DNA from: Octopus vulgaris
Lineage: Eukaryota
Assembly (NCBI GenBank): GCA_951406725.2
Contig: OX597815.1
Coordinates: 162,688,001 to 162,752,000 of the forward strand
Length of the DNA stretch: 64,000 nt
Reading direction: 5' to 3'
The notes below the pieces were generated by a model. That model did no database searches and was not told the DNA's origin. It saw only the letters and a program-made list of their open reading frames with translations. Shown here piece by piece: positions 1 through 13,323 of this stretch. Every line of letters starts with the position of its first letter. Positions within the stretch are counted from its first letter, which is position 1. The position numbers were made by a program, and so were the translations under genes.

Positions 1-101
1 TGTGAACGTGAAGACACTTGCCCAAGGTGCTATGCAGTGGGACTGAACCTGGAACCATGTAGTTGGGAAGCAAGCTACTTGCCACACAGCCACTCCTGTG
101 C
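1..101 (-). mobile_element. tRNA-headed SINE family A, 5' part (runs off window)
   Basis: Reverse complement matches the head of the full copies at 6064-6472 and 58785-59185 (GGAGTGGCTGTGTGG...GGTTCAGTCCCACTG...CTTGGGCAAGTGTCTTC). Confidence 0.8.
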
Positions 102-272
102 CTGTATATATATATATACCTAGCATCATAATTTTGAAATATCTATAAAACCATCAAAAGCTTGTTTATTTTTATGTTTTTCGATTTATTATTAGTGTTG
201 CTTAATATATTTTGCTAAAATTGCTGTTTCTTTTCAGATATCATCAGAAAAAGGTAATTAAAATTCATTAAA

Positions 273-441
273 ATGACAGATCTCTCGGACTTTCAATTAG
301 TAGGTGTTAGCATAATGAAAACAGCTGAAATGTTTGGTGTATCAAGAAGTACATATGGCGTAGTGGTTAAGAGCACAGGCTACAAACCCCAAGATTCCGA
401 GTTCGATTCCAAGCAGTGACCTGAACAATAACAATAATAAT

Positions 442-482
<41 letters not shown>

Positions 483-1370
483 TGATAATAATAATAATAA
501 CATCGAAAAATACCTTAGGAATGAGAACCCAAGTTTGAAATTTCCCCAAGACACCTGAAGAAGGCAGGAGGGTATATCAGCCGAAACGTCTTAACAACAA
601 ACAAGATGAGGACAAATATCCGTTGAATGTAAATAATATAAATAATGTAAGAAGTACTGTCTCTAAAGTAATAACAGCCTTTGAGTAAGAGGGAAAAACC
701 TTCTTGTCAAAACAAAACTCCAGAAGAAAACCAAAATTTTCAAATAGGGTCTGTTGGACTCTTACATGAATTGTTAGAAAGGATCACAAAAGTACAGCTC
801 CCAAAATTACTGCAGAGCTTAATGACCACCTCATGAACCTAGTTTCCACAAAAACTGTTCGCCAGGAACTGCAAAAAGCTGGATTTCATGGGAGGACTGC
901 AATCAGAAAACTACCACTTTCAAAAAGAAACGTTGCAAAGCATTTAGAGTGGAGTAAAAACCTACAGAATTGGTCCCAGAGCAGTGGAGGAATGTTATTT
1001 TCTCAGAGGTGTCGTCCTTTACCTTATTTCTGACCACCGGCTGAGTATATATGTGGAGATAGCCAAAAGAAGCATTTGAGTCAGACTGCCTTCTTCCAAC
1101 TGTTAAACATGGAGGAGGATCTGTGATGATCTGGGGGGGGGGGCTATATCTTGGAAATCTAGCGGCTCAATGGTTTCCCTTCATGGCAGAATTAATAGTC
1201 AAAACTATTTAAGCATTTTATCTGATCAAATTCATCCTAAGGTAGCGGAACTATTTCTGGAAGGATACACAATCTCTCAGGATAATAATGCATCAATTCA
1301 CACAGCTAAATTTATTACTGAATGGTACGAGGAACATTCTAGTGAAGTTGAACATCTTATCTGGCCACCA
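273..1370 (+). pseudogene. Decayed Tc1-like transposase, interrupted by a SINE
   Basis: Joined translation gives AEMFGVSRS|TVSK (HTH), VSTKTVRQELQKAGFHGR, TVKHGGGSVMIWG, QDNNASIHTA and LIWPP, typical of the Tc1 DDE family. It has stops and frameshifts. Confidence 0.85.
353..648 (+). mobile_element. tRNA-headed SINE with (AAT)n body and hammerhead-like motif; 9-bp TSD
   Basis: A box TGGCGTAGTGG and B box GTTCGATTCC; AAGAAGTAC is duplicated at 344-352 and 649-657; CTGAAGA at 555-561 and GAAA at 583-586. Confidence 0.8.
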
Positions 1371-1444
1371 CCAGATCATTCTACACATCAGTGTAATTTT
1401 TTGCGCAATTCCACCCAGCCGTTTGATGTATAGATATATATGTA

Positions 1445-1487
<43 letters not shown>

Positions 1488-1489
<2 letters not shown>

Positions 1490-1840
1490 TCATCATCATC
1501 ATCATCGTTTAACATCCGTTTTCCATGCTAGCATGGGTTGGACGGTTCAGCCGGGATCTGGGAAGCCAGGAGGCTGCACCAGGCTCCAGTCTGATCAGGC
1601 AGTGTTTCTACAGCTGGATGCCCTTCCTAACGCCAACCACTCCATGAGTGTAGTGGGTGCTTTTTACATACCACCGGCACAGGTGCCAGGGGAGGCTGGC
1701 AACGGTCACAATCAGTTGGTGCTTTTTACATGCCACTGGCACGGAAGCCATTCAAGGCGGCACTGGCATCGGCCACGTTCGGATGGTGCTTTTTATGTGC
1801 CACCGGCACAGGTATCACAACTACAATTTCCATTTGATTT
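1488..1840 (-). mobile_element. RTE LINE 3'-UTR/tail copy
   Basis: Matches the 3' end of the RTE at 36000-36676, including the (GAT)n tail and hairpin subunits. Further copies lie at about 4513-4715(-), 5290-5485(+), 12385-12540(-), 37440-37580(+), 42100-42195(+), 48980-49190(+), 55810-56070(-) and 57328-57400(-). Confidence 0.85.
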
Positions 1841-2446
1841 TTTGATGGCAGGATTCTTTCAGTTTCTGTCTACCAAATCCACTCACAAAATCTTATGGTC
1901 AACACAAGGCTACAGATGAAGACGCCTGCCAGGTGGTACCATGCAGTGGGACTGAACCTAGAACCATGTAGTTGAAAAGCAAATTTTTCACCATGTAGCC
2001 ACGCCTATACCAATTACATTCTGCATCTGTTTAGATTGTGGTTCCAATCACACATTTTTCTACAGTCACTGATCTGCAGATGTTTAAGCTAGGCATCAGA
2101 CACATCAATCTTCACAATCTAAAAAAGCATCCAAATGTTTGTCCTTCATTCTCTAACTTATATATAAAGAAATAACAAAATACAAAAACTACCTTAGTGA
2201 CCGCATGAATAATATCAGCTGCTCTTTGGTCATAAGCAGCTCAGTCTAAAAGTAGATCTTATATAAAAATGATTTCTAGATTTTCCAAAGCTTTAACGAA
2301 TAGAAGATTATGACACAGATAATGAAAAACCTCGAGTGGTCTGGCGGACAGCGCTGATAAATATGGACAATGACTGCACAAAGATGAGACTTCTTGCAAA
2401 ATAAGAAGCAAATGATAGTAAAAAAATAAAATTTACTTGCAAAAAA

Positions 2447-2480
<34 letters not shown>

Positions 2481-2811
2481 TTAATAATAATAATAATATG
2501 TGACTATGAGCATATTCTAAAGAATGAAGGATGAGGCAAGCAAATGTATTGGAAAACATAAAGCAAAACAGGAACTGTTGAATAACATTTGCCATACTGC
2601 AAACTTATAGCATTATAAAATGTGATACATGTAAAATTAAAATGGCAGAAGAAAGTGCGAAAAAAAAAATCCATTAAGAAATGTGAGTATCTGTTTAGGA
2701 ATTCCTTTCGGCTTAGTTAATAATTATTTTTATTACATGTAAAAAATTATATTTTGTATTTGTTGGAAACAAATTCTCAAATCAGAATTTCCTTTTTCTC
2801 AAGAAACCAAT

Positions 2812-2893
<82 letters not shown>

Positions 2894-5800
2894 TACATAC
2901 ATACACACACATACATATATATATATATACATAAATATGTGTGTGTGTTAATTTAATTTTCTAGTAGGTTACTGGGTGATTTATGAGATATAGCTTGTTG
3001 AAATAAGTTTTTAGTAAGCAATTTTAGATTTTCACTTGCCTTTTTATCTTGCAAATAATCGCTCCCTCATCTCAAAGATGCACATTACACACCATAGAAT
3101 ACTGTTTACTTTATAGCATCTTATTTTGGAAAATTTTCTGACCTTATTGTATGTATTTATTTCACTGTTTTAGGATAGTTTAAAGCCTTCAAACATATAT
3201 ACATGATAATTCTATATCATACATCAATGTTTTAGAAATCAATACAAAATAACTTTGTCTCATCCAAAACACTTGGACACAGTCATTAGAAATATCAAGG
3301 GAAAATACTAACAACACTATATGTACTTGACTCACAAACAACATACAACTAAATCCATAACAATCTTCAATGATCTTGCATCACAATCTTCAAAGGTACC
3401 TTCACATATGTAACATAATCAAAAGCCAGATTTTTCTCATCAGAGCCAGACACTACTTTAGCCCTGAACAATTTCTGACTCTCTACAAGAGTAAGAAATG
3501 AGCTGGCAGAATCATTAGCATGCTGGACTCAAGGCAGCAAGCTGGTAGAATCATTAGCACACTGGATGAAGTGCTTAGCAGTATTTCACCTGTGGCTACG
3601 TCCTGAGTTCAAATTCTGCTGAGATCAACTTAGCCTTTCGTCCTTTTGGGGTCCATAAATTAAGTACCTGTGAAACACTAGGGTCAATGTAATCAACTAG
3701 TCCCTTCCCCTCAAATTTCAGGCCTTGTGCCATTAGTAGAAAGGATTATTGGGATGTAAATTTGTGTTCATTTTAGAATGCTACTATTGTATCTGGGATG
3801 GTGCTATGATTTTACAAATGTTCTAGATAGACTGCATCTGGAAAATGGGTCATCTAGATAAATTGTAAACCTTTACTGACCTACACATTACATCCATTAG
3901 TGTAGCATTATACAGTGTAAAGTCTCGACCTTTTCTACCATTACTACAATGAATTCTATTCCTTGGGATTAATGAACTTTTGCATCAACTAATGCCTTGT
4001 CTCTCCTCTTATCTCCTCACTTCACACATAACATTACTTCAAATTCTTCTTTACCAGGATTGCAATATTCTTCATTGGATTTGATAATAAAACAAAATAT
4101 CAATTATGGATTAATATGGGGCATGGTGGTGTGGAGGAGACTGAATGAAATAATGTAAGTCATAATGTCTTTAAATCTGTGATTTACATGAAATGAAGAT
4201 GATGTCGGTAAAGTATATGAAAGATTTGAGGTAACAGATGAAGGATCAAAAACCTGACATCTCATCTTCACATAGAAGAAACTTGGCGCTGGTTGGTAAG
4301 ATTAAGATAAATATTTAATTGGCTTAATTCACAGCTGAATCTTACAGAAGACATTCATTGTGGGAAAGCTTCTTTCTATGAGCAATCAATTTTGCTTTTA
4401 GCAATTTGCGACTTCAATAATTTATAAAATATGGTCTGATGTTTAGCACAATAGCAGTGGCTGGCAAAAATCTACCCTGTATTGGGCTGGAATAGTAAGG
4501 ATAGGTAAATTATCATCATTCATCATCATCGTTTAATGTCTGCTTTCCATGCTAGCATGGGTTGGACTGTTCAACTGGGGTCTGGGAAGCCAGAAGGCTG
4601 CACCAGGCCCAGTCTGATATGGCAGTGTTTCTACAGCTGGATGCCCTTCCTAACGCCAACCACTCCGTGAGTGTAGTGGGTGCTTTTTACATGCCACCGG
4701 CACTGGTATCACAGCTACAATTTCCATTCCATTCATGTTTATATATCTATAAATTTCCTCTTCAGTCATGTGTTCATGTTATGAGATATCTTGAGCCCTC
4801 ATGAGAAACCTGGGGTAGGTATCAATGTAGTCTTGGAGTTCCTTATTCATTACTCATGTTCATATTTATCAGTAATAAGCTAAGATATCAGTAATAAGCT
4901 AACTAGAAACAGATACATGATGATTTTAAAACTGATCAATACTGATACAATAAAAACCTGTTTTTATATATTTTATATCAAAAGAAATACCTTTTTGTTT
5001 TGACCACTGGTCACTGTTAGTTTTACCAACTGAGTAAGGTATGTTCCAATGAAAAGGTCTCATAAGATCAAAACATGTCCATTACTGTCATCAGTTAGCT
5101 TTAAAGATTGGCTTCTCTACAGTCTGCATTGTTTATAGCATCTGAAAATTTTGAATTTTATTAAAGTTATTCCTCTTGCTTTTAAATTTCAAACAGTGCA
5201 AGAAGGTTTTATTTCCTTATTGCACAGATAATCTTAGATAATCAAAGTTCTTCTTGAGTACATATGTGAAACTCCTTTTTATTTAAAACATCAACATCAA
5301 AATAAATATCAAATGGAAATTGCAGTAGTGATACCTGTGCAGGTGGCACGTAAAAAGCACCCACTGCACTCACGGAGTGGTTGGCATTAGGAAGGGTGCA
5401 GCCTTCTAGCTTCCCAGACCCCAGTCGAACCATCCAGCCTGTGCTAGCACAGAAAATGGATGTTAAACGATGATGATGATGATGTATAGCCATGTACCTT
5501 TGTTAGAAATCATTTACAGAACCATGCTTGTAATTATAGTTATGGTTTTGTTAAAATATTGTATTGTTGTAAATATTGTAGACAGTTAGTTAGTTGCTAT
5601 GTGGACCCAAGTCAGCTCTAGACTAAAACAAACTCATGCTCAAAGATTTTGACCATCCAGTCTTTTTGCATATCACAAACTACATTATCTGATGTATTCT
5701 CTTTTCAAGGTAATAGGATGTAATTTGAAGAATATTTTATTGCTATTTCTAGCAGGCTGAGTGACCATTTAGAGGCTCTCTTGTAGATTTGTTCAATTTG

Positions 5801-6063
5801 TTACTTCAGTAACTAGATCTAATTCCATTGGTTGTCTAAGCAGCAGGAGGTAAAAATTATAGATGATATGGCAATCCTTTGATACCATGCTATTTTTTTT
5901 TACTTGGTAACTTTAAGCCAACCCATAAATTCTTTCTCATTTCTTTTCTTTTTGTACTTATGTCACATTTTGTGAACAATAGAGGCATTAGTGATAGGCT
6001 TCCAACAGGCCAGTCACTGACTCACAAAATTTCTGATGATAAGAGACAAAGTTGGAACAATTA

Positions 6064-6472
6064 TGGCAGCAGTGGTTGTGTAGTAAGTAGCTTGCTTACC
6101 AACCACATGGTTCCAGGTTCAGTCCCACTGCGTGGCACCTTGGACAAGTATCTTCTACTATAGCCTCGGGCTGACCAAATCCTTGTGAGTGGATTTGGTA
6201 GACGGAAACTGAAAGAAGCCTGTCGTATATATGTATATATATGGGTGTGTGTGTTTGTATGTCTGTGTTTGTCCTCCCAACATCGCTTGACAACCAATGC
6301 TGGTGTGTTTACATCCCTGTAATTTAGCGGTTCAGCAAAAGAGACTGATAGAATAAGTACTATGCTTACAAAGAATAAGTCTTGGGGTTGATTTGTTCGA
6401 CTAAAGGCGGTGCTCCAGCATGGCCGCAGTCACATGACTGAAACAAGTAAAAGAGTAAAGGAGTAAAAGAGT
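6064..6472 (+). mobile_element. tRNA-headed SINE family A, full length
   Basis: tRNA-like head, central (TG)n, and GTAAAAGA-repeat tail; near-identical to 47848-48248(-) and 58785-59185(+). Confidence 0.9.
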
Positions 6473-7087
6473 GCTGGCTTAAGGCGTGGGTTCACTGGGC
6501 AGTTATCTGGCGACCTCACAGGTCTAAGAGCCTAATTCTGATCTATGTATACTGTGGTTTGCTGTCAATAAATAAATACCATAGGATCTAGTGCATTTAT
6601 TTGCATGGGGGCGTCATTAGTCTCCAGGTGTAATTCTAGTATATATTGTGGATTACAGTCAATAAATAAATACTGATGCATTGATTTAACTGGAGACCTA
6701 TAATGCTGTTAAGATAATCCTGCTAGTATAATTTTTAGAATGCTGAACAAAATGCTGAGGGGTATTTCATCCATATTTATATTCTGAGTTCAAATTCTAC
6801 AGAGGTCAACTTTGCATTTCACTCTTTCAGTGTTGATGAAATAAGTACAAGTTGAACACTAGTGTTGATGTAATCAACTACAGGAACAAACCCAAGGAGA
6901 AGTCTGAGGGGCACATGAACCCACTCAAGAAAAGAAGTACACCCTTCTAAATAATTTTATTATGCTCTTTTCTCCTGGAATTATATTCCCTTCTGACCTT
7001 GTGTCCTCCTATTGAAAAATTCCTGGGACTGGCCCTGAACTGCCCCTCTTCACCTAAATTTCAGGCTTTGTGTCTTTAGCTGAAAGG

Positions 7088-7149
<62 letters not shown>

Positions 7150-7340
7150 GGTGGTGAGCTGGTAGAATTGTTTGTGCATGGACAAAATGCTTGATGATAT
7201 TTTGTTCATCTTTACATTCTACTGTGGTCGACTTTGCCTTTCATATTTTCAGGGTTAATGAAATAAGTACCAATTTAGTACAAGGGTCTGATGTAATTGA
7301 TTAGCCCCTTCTTCCAAAATTTCAGGCCTCGAGCCTATAG

Positions 7341-7567
7341 CAGAGTTGTTCTCAAACTAGAGGTCCATATGACCCTTGTAGTTAAAATTTATGCTGGCTT
7401 TTACTTCTACAATAAACAAAATATTTTAGCAATTTTTAATATAATTCCTAATAACATTTAATTATAAAAATATAATAGGGTTTTTAAAACATCGAATAGC
7501 TATGGGTCCATTCAAGTAAAATAGGAATCAAAGAGGTCCATAAGCAAACAATAGTTCAGAAACACTG
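7341..7567. mobile_element. MITE (CAG...CTG ends, hAT-like) inserted in a family B SINE
   Basis: Imperfect TIRs CAGAGTTGTTCTCAAACTA / TAGTTCAGAAACACTG; flanks share CTATAG; the SINE sequence resumes after it. Confidence 0.55.
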
Positions 7568-7592
7568 CTATAGTAGAAAGAATTATTGTTAT

Positions 7593-8163
7593 TACTAGCA
7601 GTATAGCCTGGCGTGGCTTGGGTTTGTTTTTTAGTTGTGCTTAAAATGGCAGACTTAAATGTCATGATTACAAAGTTTTGACATAGTTTCAATCTATGAA
7701 TAAAAGTATAGTGTGGCGATGCTCGAGTTTGCTCTGAATGTGCATTGGATCAGCTGATCCGTCGTTCGCTCAAAACCAATAACATCACAAAAAAAATCTT
7801 TCGGCCCTTTAGAATTGAAATGTTTGAAAAGTAAAAATTTTGCGTTATGTAGCTTGTTATTCTCTTTAAGTGAACATTTTACTGGTTGAAATACACCAAA
7901 AAATGGCGACACAGCAGTAAAAAAATCGTAAAAAAATAGGGATTTTTATAGAAAAAAAGCACCTTTTTGATGTAAATAATTTTTGGTCTTAACATGGTCT
8001 GATTTGAATTTTTTCTTCTACAGAATGAAGAGCAAGCTTTCTTCTATCATACTCTAAATTTTGATCAACTTGCACCACAGGGTCTCGGAGGAGATAGTGT
8101 TAGTTGAAGGCTACCAAACCTGCAACACACACACAGACGACTTCAGCTTTATATATATAGATT
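7593..8163 (+). mobile_element. Non-autonomous Helitron/Helentron-like element
   Basis: Starts ACTAGCAGTATAGCCTGGCGTGGCTTGGG and ends CACACAGACGACTTCAGCTTTATATATATAGAT. The same terminal motif occurs inverted at 59550-59579. Confidence 0.6.
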
Positions 8164-9006
8164 TTAATGGCAATTAAGGGAGATAACTTTTGATGTTTCA
8201 CCCTTGTTTGAGATCTTCATTGGAAGTATAGCTTCAGTCTTCATGCTGCAATAATTATTTTGAAAGCAGTTACTCCTTGAACAGTCTACAATACTTTTGC
8301 TTTCGATGCAAGCATGTTATTTTTTTTGTTTTCAATTATTCATTGTTTTATGATTTGTTTTTGTTCCAATAAATATATGTAATGACAGATAATTAAGAAT
8401 GGTTGATATAATAATGTTTTTGTTTGCTTAATTTTTTTACATCATTAGAAAAGAATATTTTTAACAAATATTAATTTTCTGTATAATTCATTGATTTTTG
8501 AGCTAATTAAAAACAAATGGTATAATTTTAAAGAATACAAATGCATGCTGTGTGCCAGTACATACACACACACATGTTCCTGTGAATGTGTGTGAGTGTA
8601 TGTGAGTATGTGTTTGGTGGTGTGTGGTTCTGTCCATTATAAGTATGTGGGAGTTTGGGAAAAAAATATCTGGTACCTGTAGACCCAAGATTATTGATGG
8701 CAAGTGCCAGAAAAAACATAATTCCAAAAGTAAATTATATGGTAAGAGAAATGATAAAGTAAAAAAAAAAAGACTCAGAAAAAACAAAAAGACGATCAAA
8801 AACAAAAAAGAATGACATTTAAGATTGTTTTGTTTTTTATTTTCTAAATTGATTAGAAATTATATTATTGTAACAAGGAATAAGTTATTCATGAAGAAGA
8901 TTTTCTGCTAAAGCAAATGTATAAAAAAAAATGAATAAATAAATAAAATAAAAATAAAAGAATACCAAAATAAAAAGATACAACTAAATATCTTAAACAA
9001 AATCTA

Positions 9007-9024
9007 TCATTTGCCAATACTTTC
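9007..9024 (-). CDS. Candidate terminal coding exon (ESIGK-stop) followed by a U-rich 3' UTR-like region
   Basis: Minus-strand acceptor TTTTATTTTTCATTCCTGCAG|GAAAGTATTGGCAAATGA; downstream non-repeat U-rich sequence with AATAAA at 8841-8836. The reading frame is unproven. Confidence 0.3.
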   Translation of the reverse strand, partial: ESIGK

Positions 9025-9131
9025 CTGCAGGAATGAAAAATAAAAGTACACACACACACACACACACAAATATGTGTGTGTGTGTGTGCGTGTGCGTGCA
9101 TGTGTATGTAAATATATATTTATATATATAT

Positions 9132-9166
<35 letters not shown>

Positions 9167-9193
9167 CATATATATATAACATATATATATAAC

Positions 9194-9244
<51 letters not shown>

Positions 9245-10014
9245 TATATAGGCACACACTTTTACATATACACACACATATAAATATATACACAGATATA
9301 AATAATTACACATACATATACATACTTACACACACACACACATACACACACACGCACACACACAAACACATACATATGTACATATCCGAAACATTGATTC
9401 CATTTTCTTCAGAACTCTTTTACTTCATCATATTTATTTCTTGAACTCTGTGTTTTCAGTTAGTATCTTCATAACAATAATATATTTTTCTATTTTTTTT
9501 TGTTTTTATTTAAGATGAGTAATAAAACATCATAACACCTGATGCATTGTTGAAGTAAGGTAAGAAATGAAATAATTTCTTTCAAAAATATTTTCAGTGC
9601 TTGAGGATAAGTAGCAGTAATTTATGTTTCTTATATGTAATACGTATGTATATACATACATACGATACTGCTTCCATCACTAATATCAAATATATAATTT
9701 ACATATACACACTCACACATCATCATCATCATTGCTTTCATTACCTTCTATTTTTCATCTTCTATACTGTTATGGGTTGGAGTATTCAACAGGTTTTGAC
9801 AGGCCAGAAGACTGTGTTGAATTCCAGTGATTCTAGAGTTGGAAGCCCTTCCTAATGCCAATTTCTTCACAGAATGTACTGGATATTTTTCTAGGCAATG
9901 GTACCTGTAAGGTCACCATATAAATTACAAGACAAGAAGTATCTTTGAGTGTGGTAATGAGGGAGGTTGCTTTATGCTAGATGTTGTATCATCTGTTCCC
10001 AGGCAGGAAAAAAT

Positions 10015-10220
10015 CCTTGTTGATGAGGTCATATCTGCTGTTGATGAATATTTTTTTACCAATAGGATGAAAGCCTCTTCACCAATAGGATCCAAGCACT
10101 GCAACACTGATGAAAGAAGTTTGTGGAGTGCAAGGGGCTACTATGTTGAAAAATATACTTCATTTGGTCATATTTTATGAAAGCAGGTTGGTTAGTGATG
10201 AACTTCTTAGCTGACCCCTG
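10015..10220 (+). mobile_element. Mariner transposase C-terminal remnant and right end
   Basis: DEVISAVDEYF ... IQALQH..KKFVECKG/YYVEK resembles the mariner C-terminus. Confidence 0.7.
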
Positions 10221-10332
10221 TGTGATAGAACAGGAACAGGTGCTTTTGCTGTCTTGCTCTATAGTAGGTACATGGCTGTCACAGTTGGAAAAAACAAAAG
10301 ATGGTGGCAACAAGATGTCAGGGCATAGCTTC

Positions 10333-10563
10333 AGCAGCGAGCTGGCAGAGACATTAGCGTGCCGGATGAAATGCTTAGCAGTATTTCGTCTGCCGTTACG
10401 TTCTGAGTTCAAATTCCACCAAAGTCAACATTGCTTTTCATCCTTTCAGGGTTGATAAATTAAGTACCAGTTACGCATTGGGGTCGATGTAATCGACTTA
10501 ATGCCTTCGTCTGTCCTTGTTTGTCCCCTCTATGTTTATCCCCTTGTGGGCAATAAAGAAATA
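10333..10563 (+). mobile_element. tRNA-headed SINE family B
   Basis: GAGCTGGCAGA head, GAGTTCAAATTCC B box, and core TTTCATCCTTTCRGGGTYGATAAATTAAGTACCAG. Other copies are at 3530-3750, 22121-22515(-, two tandem), 24344-24514(-), 41033-41240 and 42340-42573(-). Confidence 0.85.
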
Positions 10564-11485
10564 AAGTTACAAAGCAGAGATTACAAGAGGGAATAAAGAG
10601 AGAAAGAGAGAGGATCAGAAAGGTTGGTTGAGTAGGCAGGTTCATGAGTGTGTGAAAGAACAGTAAGAGATGGTTAAACTTGGGGACAGAGGTGAATATA
10701 ATGAATGCAGTGAATGGTGAATGCAGGTGGTTGTGTGGTCAGTGATGAATATCAGTTTAGAGTGGGTGTGTATGCGTGTGAAGGAAATAGGGGAGGGTCT
10801 TGGTCAGTCTGGTGGATGTGATAAGTTGCTATACAAAAAAAGCAATGATATGTAATAACTGCAGGCAGATGAGAAATAGAGATAATGTGGAATGCGGGGG
10901 TGCATGAGAAGGATGTATAGTGACAGAAATAGAGGTTGGAGGTATGTAGGGGTGGAAACAGGGTTTCAGGAGAAAAGGGCATTTAGTGGAACATAAAGTA
11001 GTAAGGGATGATATTAGTAGTGAAAAGGTTGGGAAGCACTGACATATATGATTGCTTTTAGAACTTCATGTTTTTGCTGAGTTGGACTGATCCTCTCAAG
11101 CTTAGTGAGTTGCTAATCCTCTTTATCCCTTATCTCCAGAATCTTGAGGTCAGTCCTCACTACTTTGTTACACATCATTTTGGGTTTACCATTTCTGAGT
11201 TCCATTTACTTATAGTGCATGGCACACTTCTATGCAGTTGTCTCCCCATTTGTTTACATTATATGCCTTTGTCAGCACAGTCACTTGTCTGGAACATCTG
11301 ATGTCTCTTATGTTCAACTTATCTTTTGACACATTTGTATTTTGTTATACCTGTACACTGACATTGTACATCCAGCAGAACATGCTAGCTTCATTTTGTT
11401 TTCTAGCTTTCATATGCCCTCTGTATTCAAAGCCCATTTTTTGTACACATGTATTATACAATTTACTTTTCATTGTGTGTATGTA

Positions 11486-11488
<3 letters not shown>

Positions 11489-11570
<82 letters not shown>
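11489..11570. repeat. (AG)n microsatellite
   Basis: Direct observation. Confidence 0.95.
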
Positions 11571-11574
<4 letters not shown>

Positions 11575-11715
11575 TTTAGTTACCAACAGAAGGAATAGCT
11601 CTTTGAACTTTCTCCAGCTAGTTCTTATACAAGCAACTATAATTTTAGAAAATCCTTCACTGCTGATTAGGTCACCTTGCTACCAAACTATCTACTATCT
11701 CAAAGGATCCTCCTA
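11571..11715 (-). mobile_element. RTE RT C-terminal fragment
   Basis: EIVDS..GDLISS..IRTSWRKFKELFLLLVTKG is homologous to 35262-35400. Confidence 0.7.
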
Positions 11716-12734
11716 AGTAAGCAACCTGTAAACATGCACTCACACACATACACACACACAGACAATCCAACTCAATGATGAAGGTATGTAGCAGCTCTTA
11801 TTAAAAGGAAATTAATAGAGATTTAATTGAAAGTAAGCCCAGTTAGTATGAAGTTAAACTGAGCACATGCATTTGACCTTCTCTATAATACCAAGGGAAG
11901 TAACTCTATTTCACTTTGGTTTTTCTAAAGATTTCATTGCATTCTATAATACATTATACATATGAAAACACACAAATATCAAACCAAAAACGAACTAGCA
12001 GAACAATAAACATTTTCACCAACATCCTCGAACCATCTACAAAGGAAAAGACTAGCGAAGATCAATATCTATTAAATATATGTCTAATAATAGAAAACAA
12101 ATTAACTGAATAAATTTCTTATTAAAACATAAAAATTATAAAAATGAAATGAAATAAAATAAATAAATGATATAAAATGATACAGATATGACAAAAACTT
12201 CCAACTTATAACAAATTACTAATGCAAATAAAATGACCCAACTGCAAACAAACTGAATATATTTACAATTAATTATATGGCATTAAATGCTTATGGCTTG
12301 GAAACGATTCAAAATAAACTGTTAACTATATGTATATACATATAGATATATAAATATATATATATATATAAATATATATACACATCATCATCATCATTTA
12401 ACGTCTATTGTCCATGCTGGCATGGGTTGGATGCAGCTGGATGACCTTCCTGACACCAACCACTCTGAGAGTGTAATGGGTGCTTTTACGTACCACCGGC
12501 ACGGGTGCCATTTGCATGACACTGGTATCTGCCACAACTGTGATTTTGTTCGATTTGATGGGTCTCCTTCTCAAGCCCGACATAATGCTAAAGGTCGTGG
12601 TCATTGCTTTCGTGAGGCCCAACACTTGAAAGGAGCTCAGCCACTTTGCCTACATATTTGTGCCTGTGTGTGTATGCGTTTATATATGTATGTAGCTAAG
12701 TATATACATATGTGTGTGTGTGCATACGTACGTG

Positions 12735-12772
<38 letters not shown>

Positions 12773-12800
12773 CATATGTGTGTGTGTGTTTATAAAGATT

Positions 12801-12929
12801 ACCATTGGTTTTATGTTAAGGAAATTCTCAACAATTATTCGATTTAGTCACAATGAAGACAAACACTAATTTTTCTATGTGATTGGCTTGAATAATTGTT
12901 GAGAATTTCCTTAACATGAAACGAATGGT
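12801..12929. repeat. Inverted repeat, about 50-bp arms
   Basis: ACCATTGGTTTTATGTTAAGGAAATTCTCAACAATTATTC pairs with GAATAATTGTTGAGAATTTCCTTAACATGAAACGAATGGT. Confidence 0.9.
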
Positions 12930-13232
12930 TGCCTTATCATGCAAATAAGAAACCTTTATCCATCAGTGTGGTGTTGGGGACTCATTCTCATTACCTGATA
13001 TATATATGTATAAAAAACAAATGTTTTAATTTTCACTCCTTTCGAGAATTTATCCCTAATTAGTGGTTTGAGTTTTCTACTGCTCATTCTAGCACAAGGC
13101 TTTCCTATTTGGAGGCCTCTTAATGTGTTTTAATGTACATGATATTTTTATGTGAATAATATATAGTCTATTGACTAATTTTTTTGTGTGCTAGGCCACT
13201 GGTAATAATAATTTCTATAATTCCAATTACCC

Positions 13233-13269
<37 letters not shown>

Positions 13270-13272
13270 CCC

Positions 13273-13323
<51 letters not shown>

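Noticed and set aside
238-253. 16-nt micro-exon (TTTTCAG...GTAATT)
   Set aside because: It lies in the apparent 5' region of the Tc1 remnant and is not frame-preserving.
355-420. tRNA gene (and similar heads at 6064, 40735 and 58785)
   Set aside because: A/B boxes are present, but there is no closed acceptor stem and each continues into a SINE body.
5045-5085. Hammerhead-like motif (also 43240-43280, 57120-57170, 31203-31278 and 31958-32033)
   Set aside because: Stem II or III shapes are present, but the core or stem I is too degenerate to call.
10750-10985. GIY-YIG remnant on minus
   Set aside because: There is only a faint FSCT..C..C..QT resemblance, not enough to annotate.
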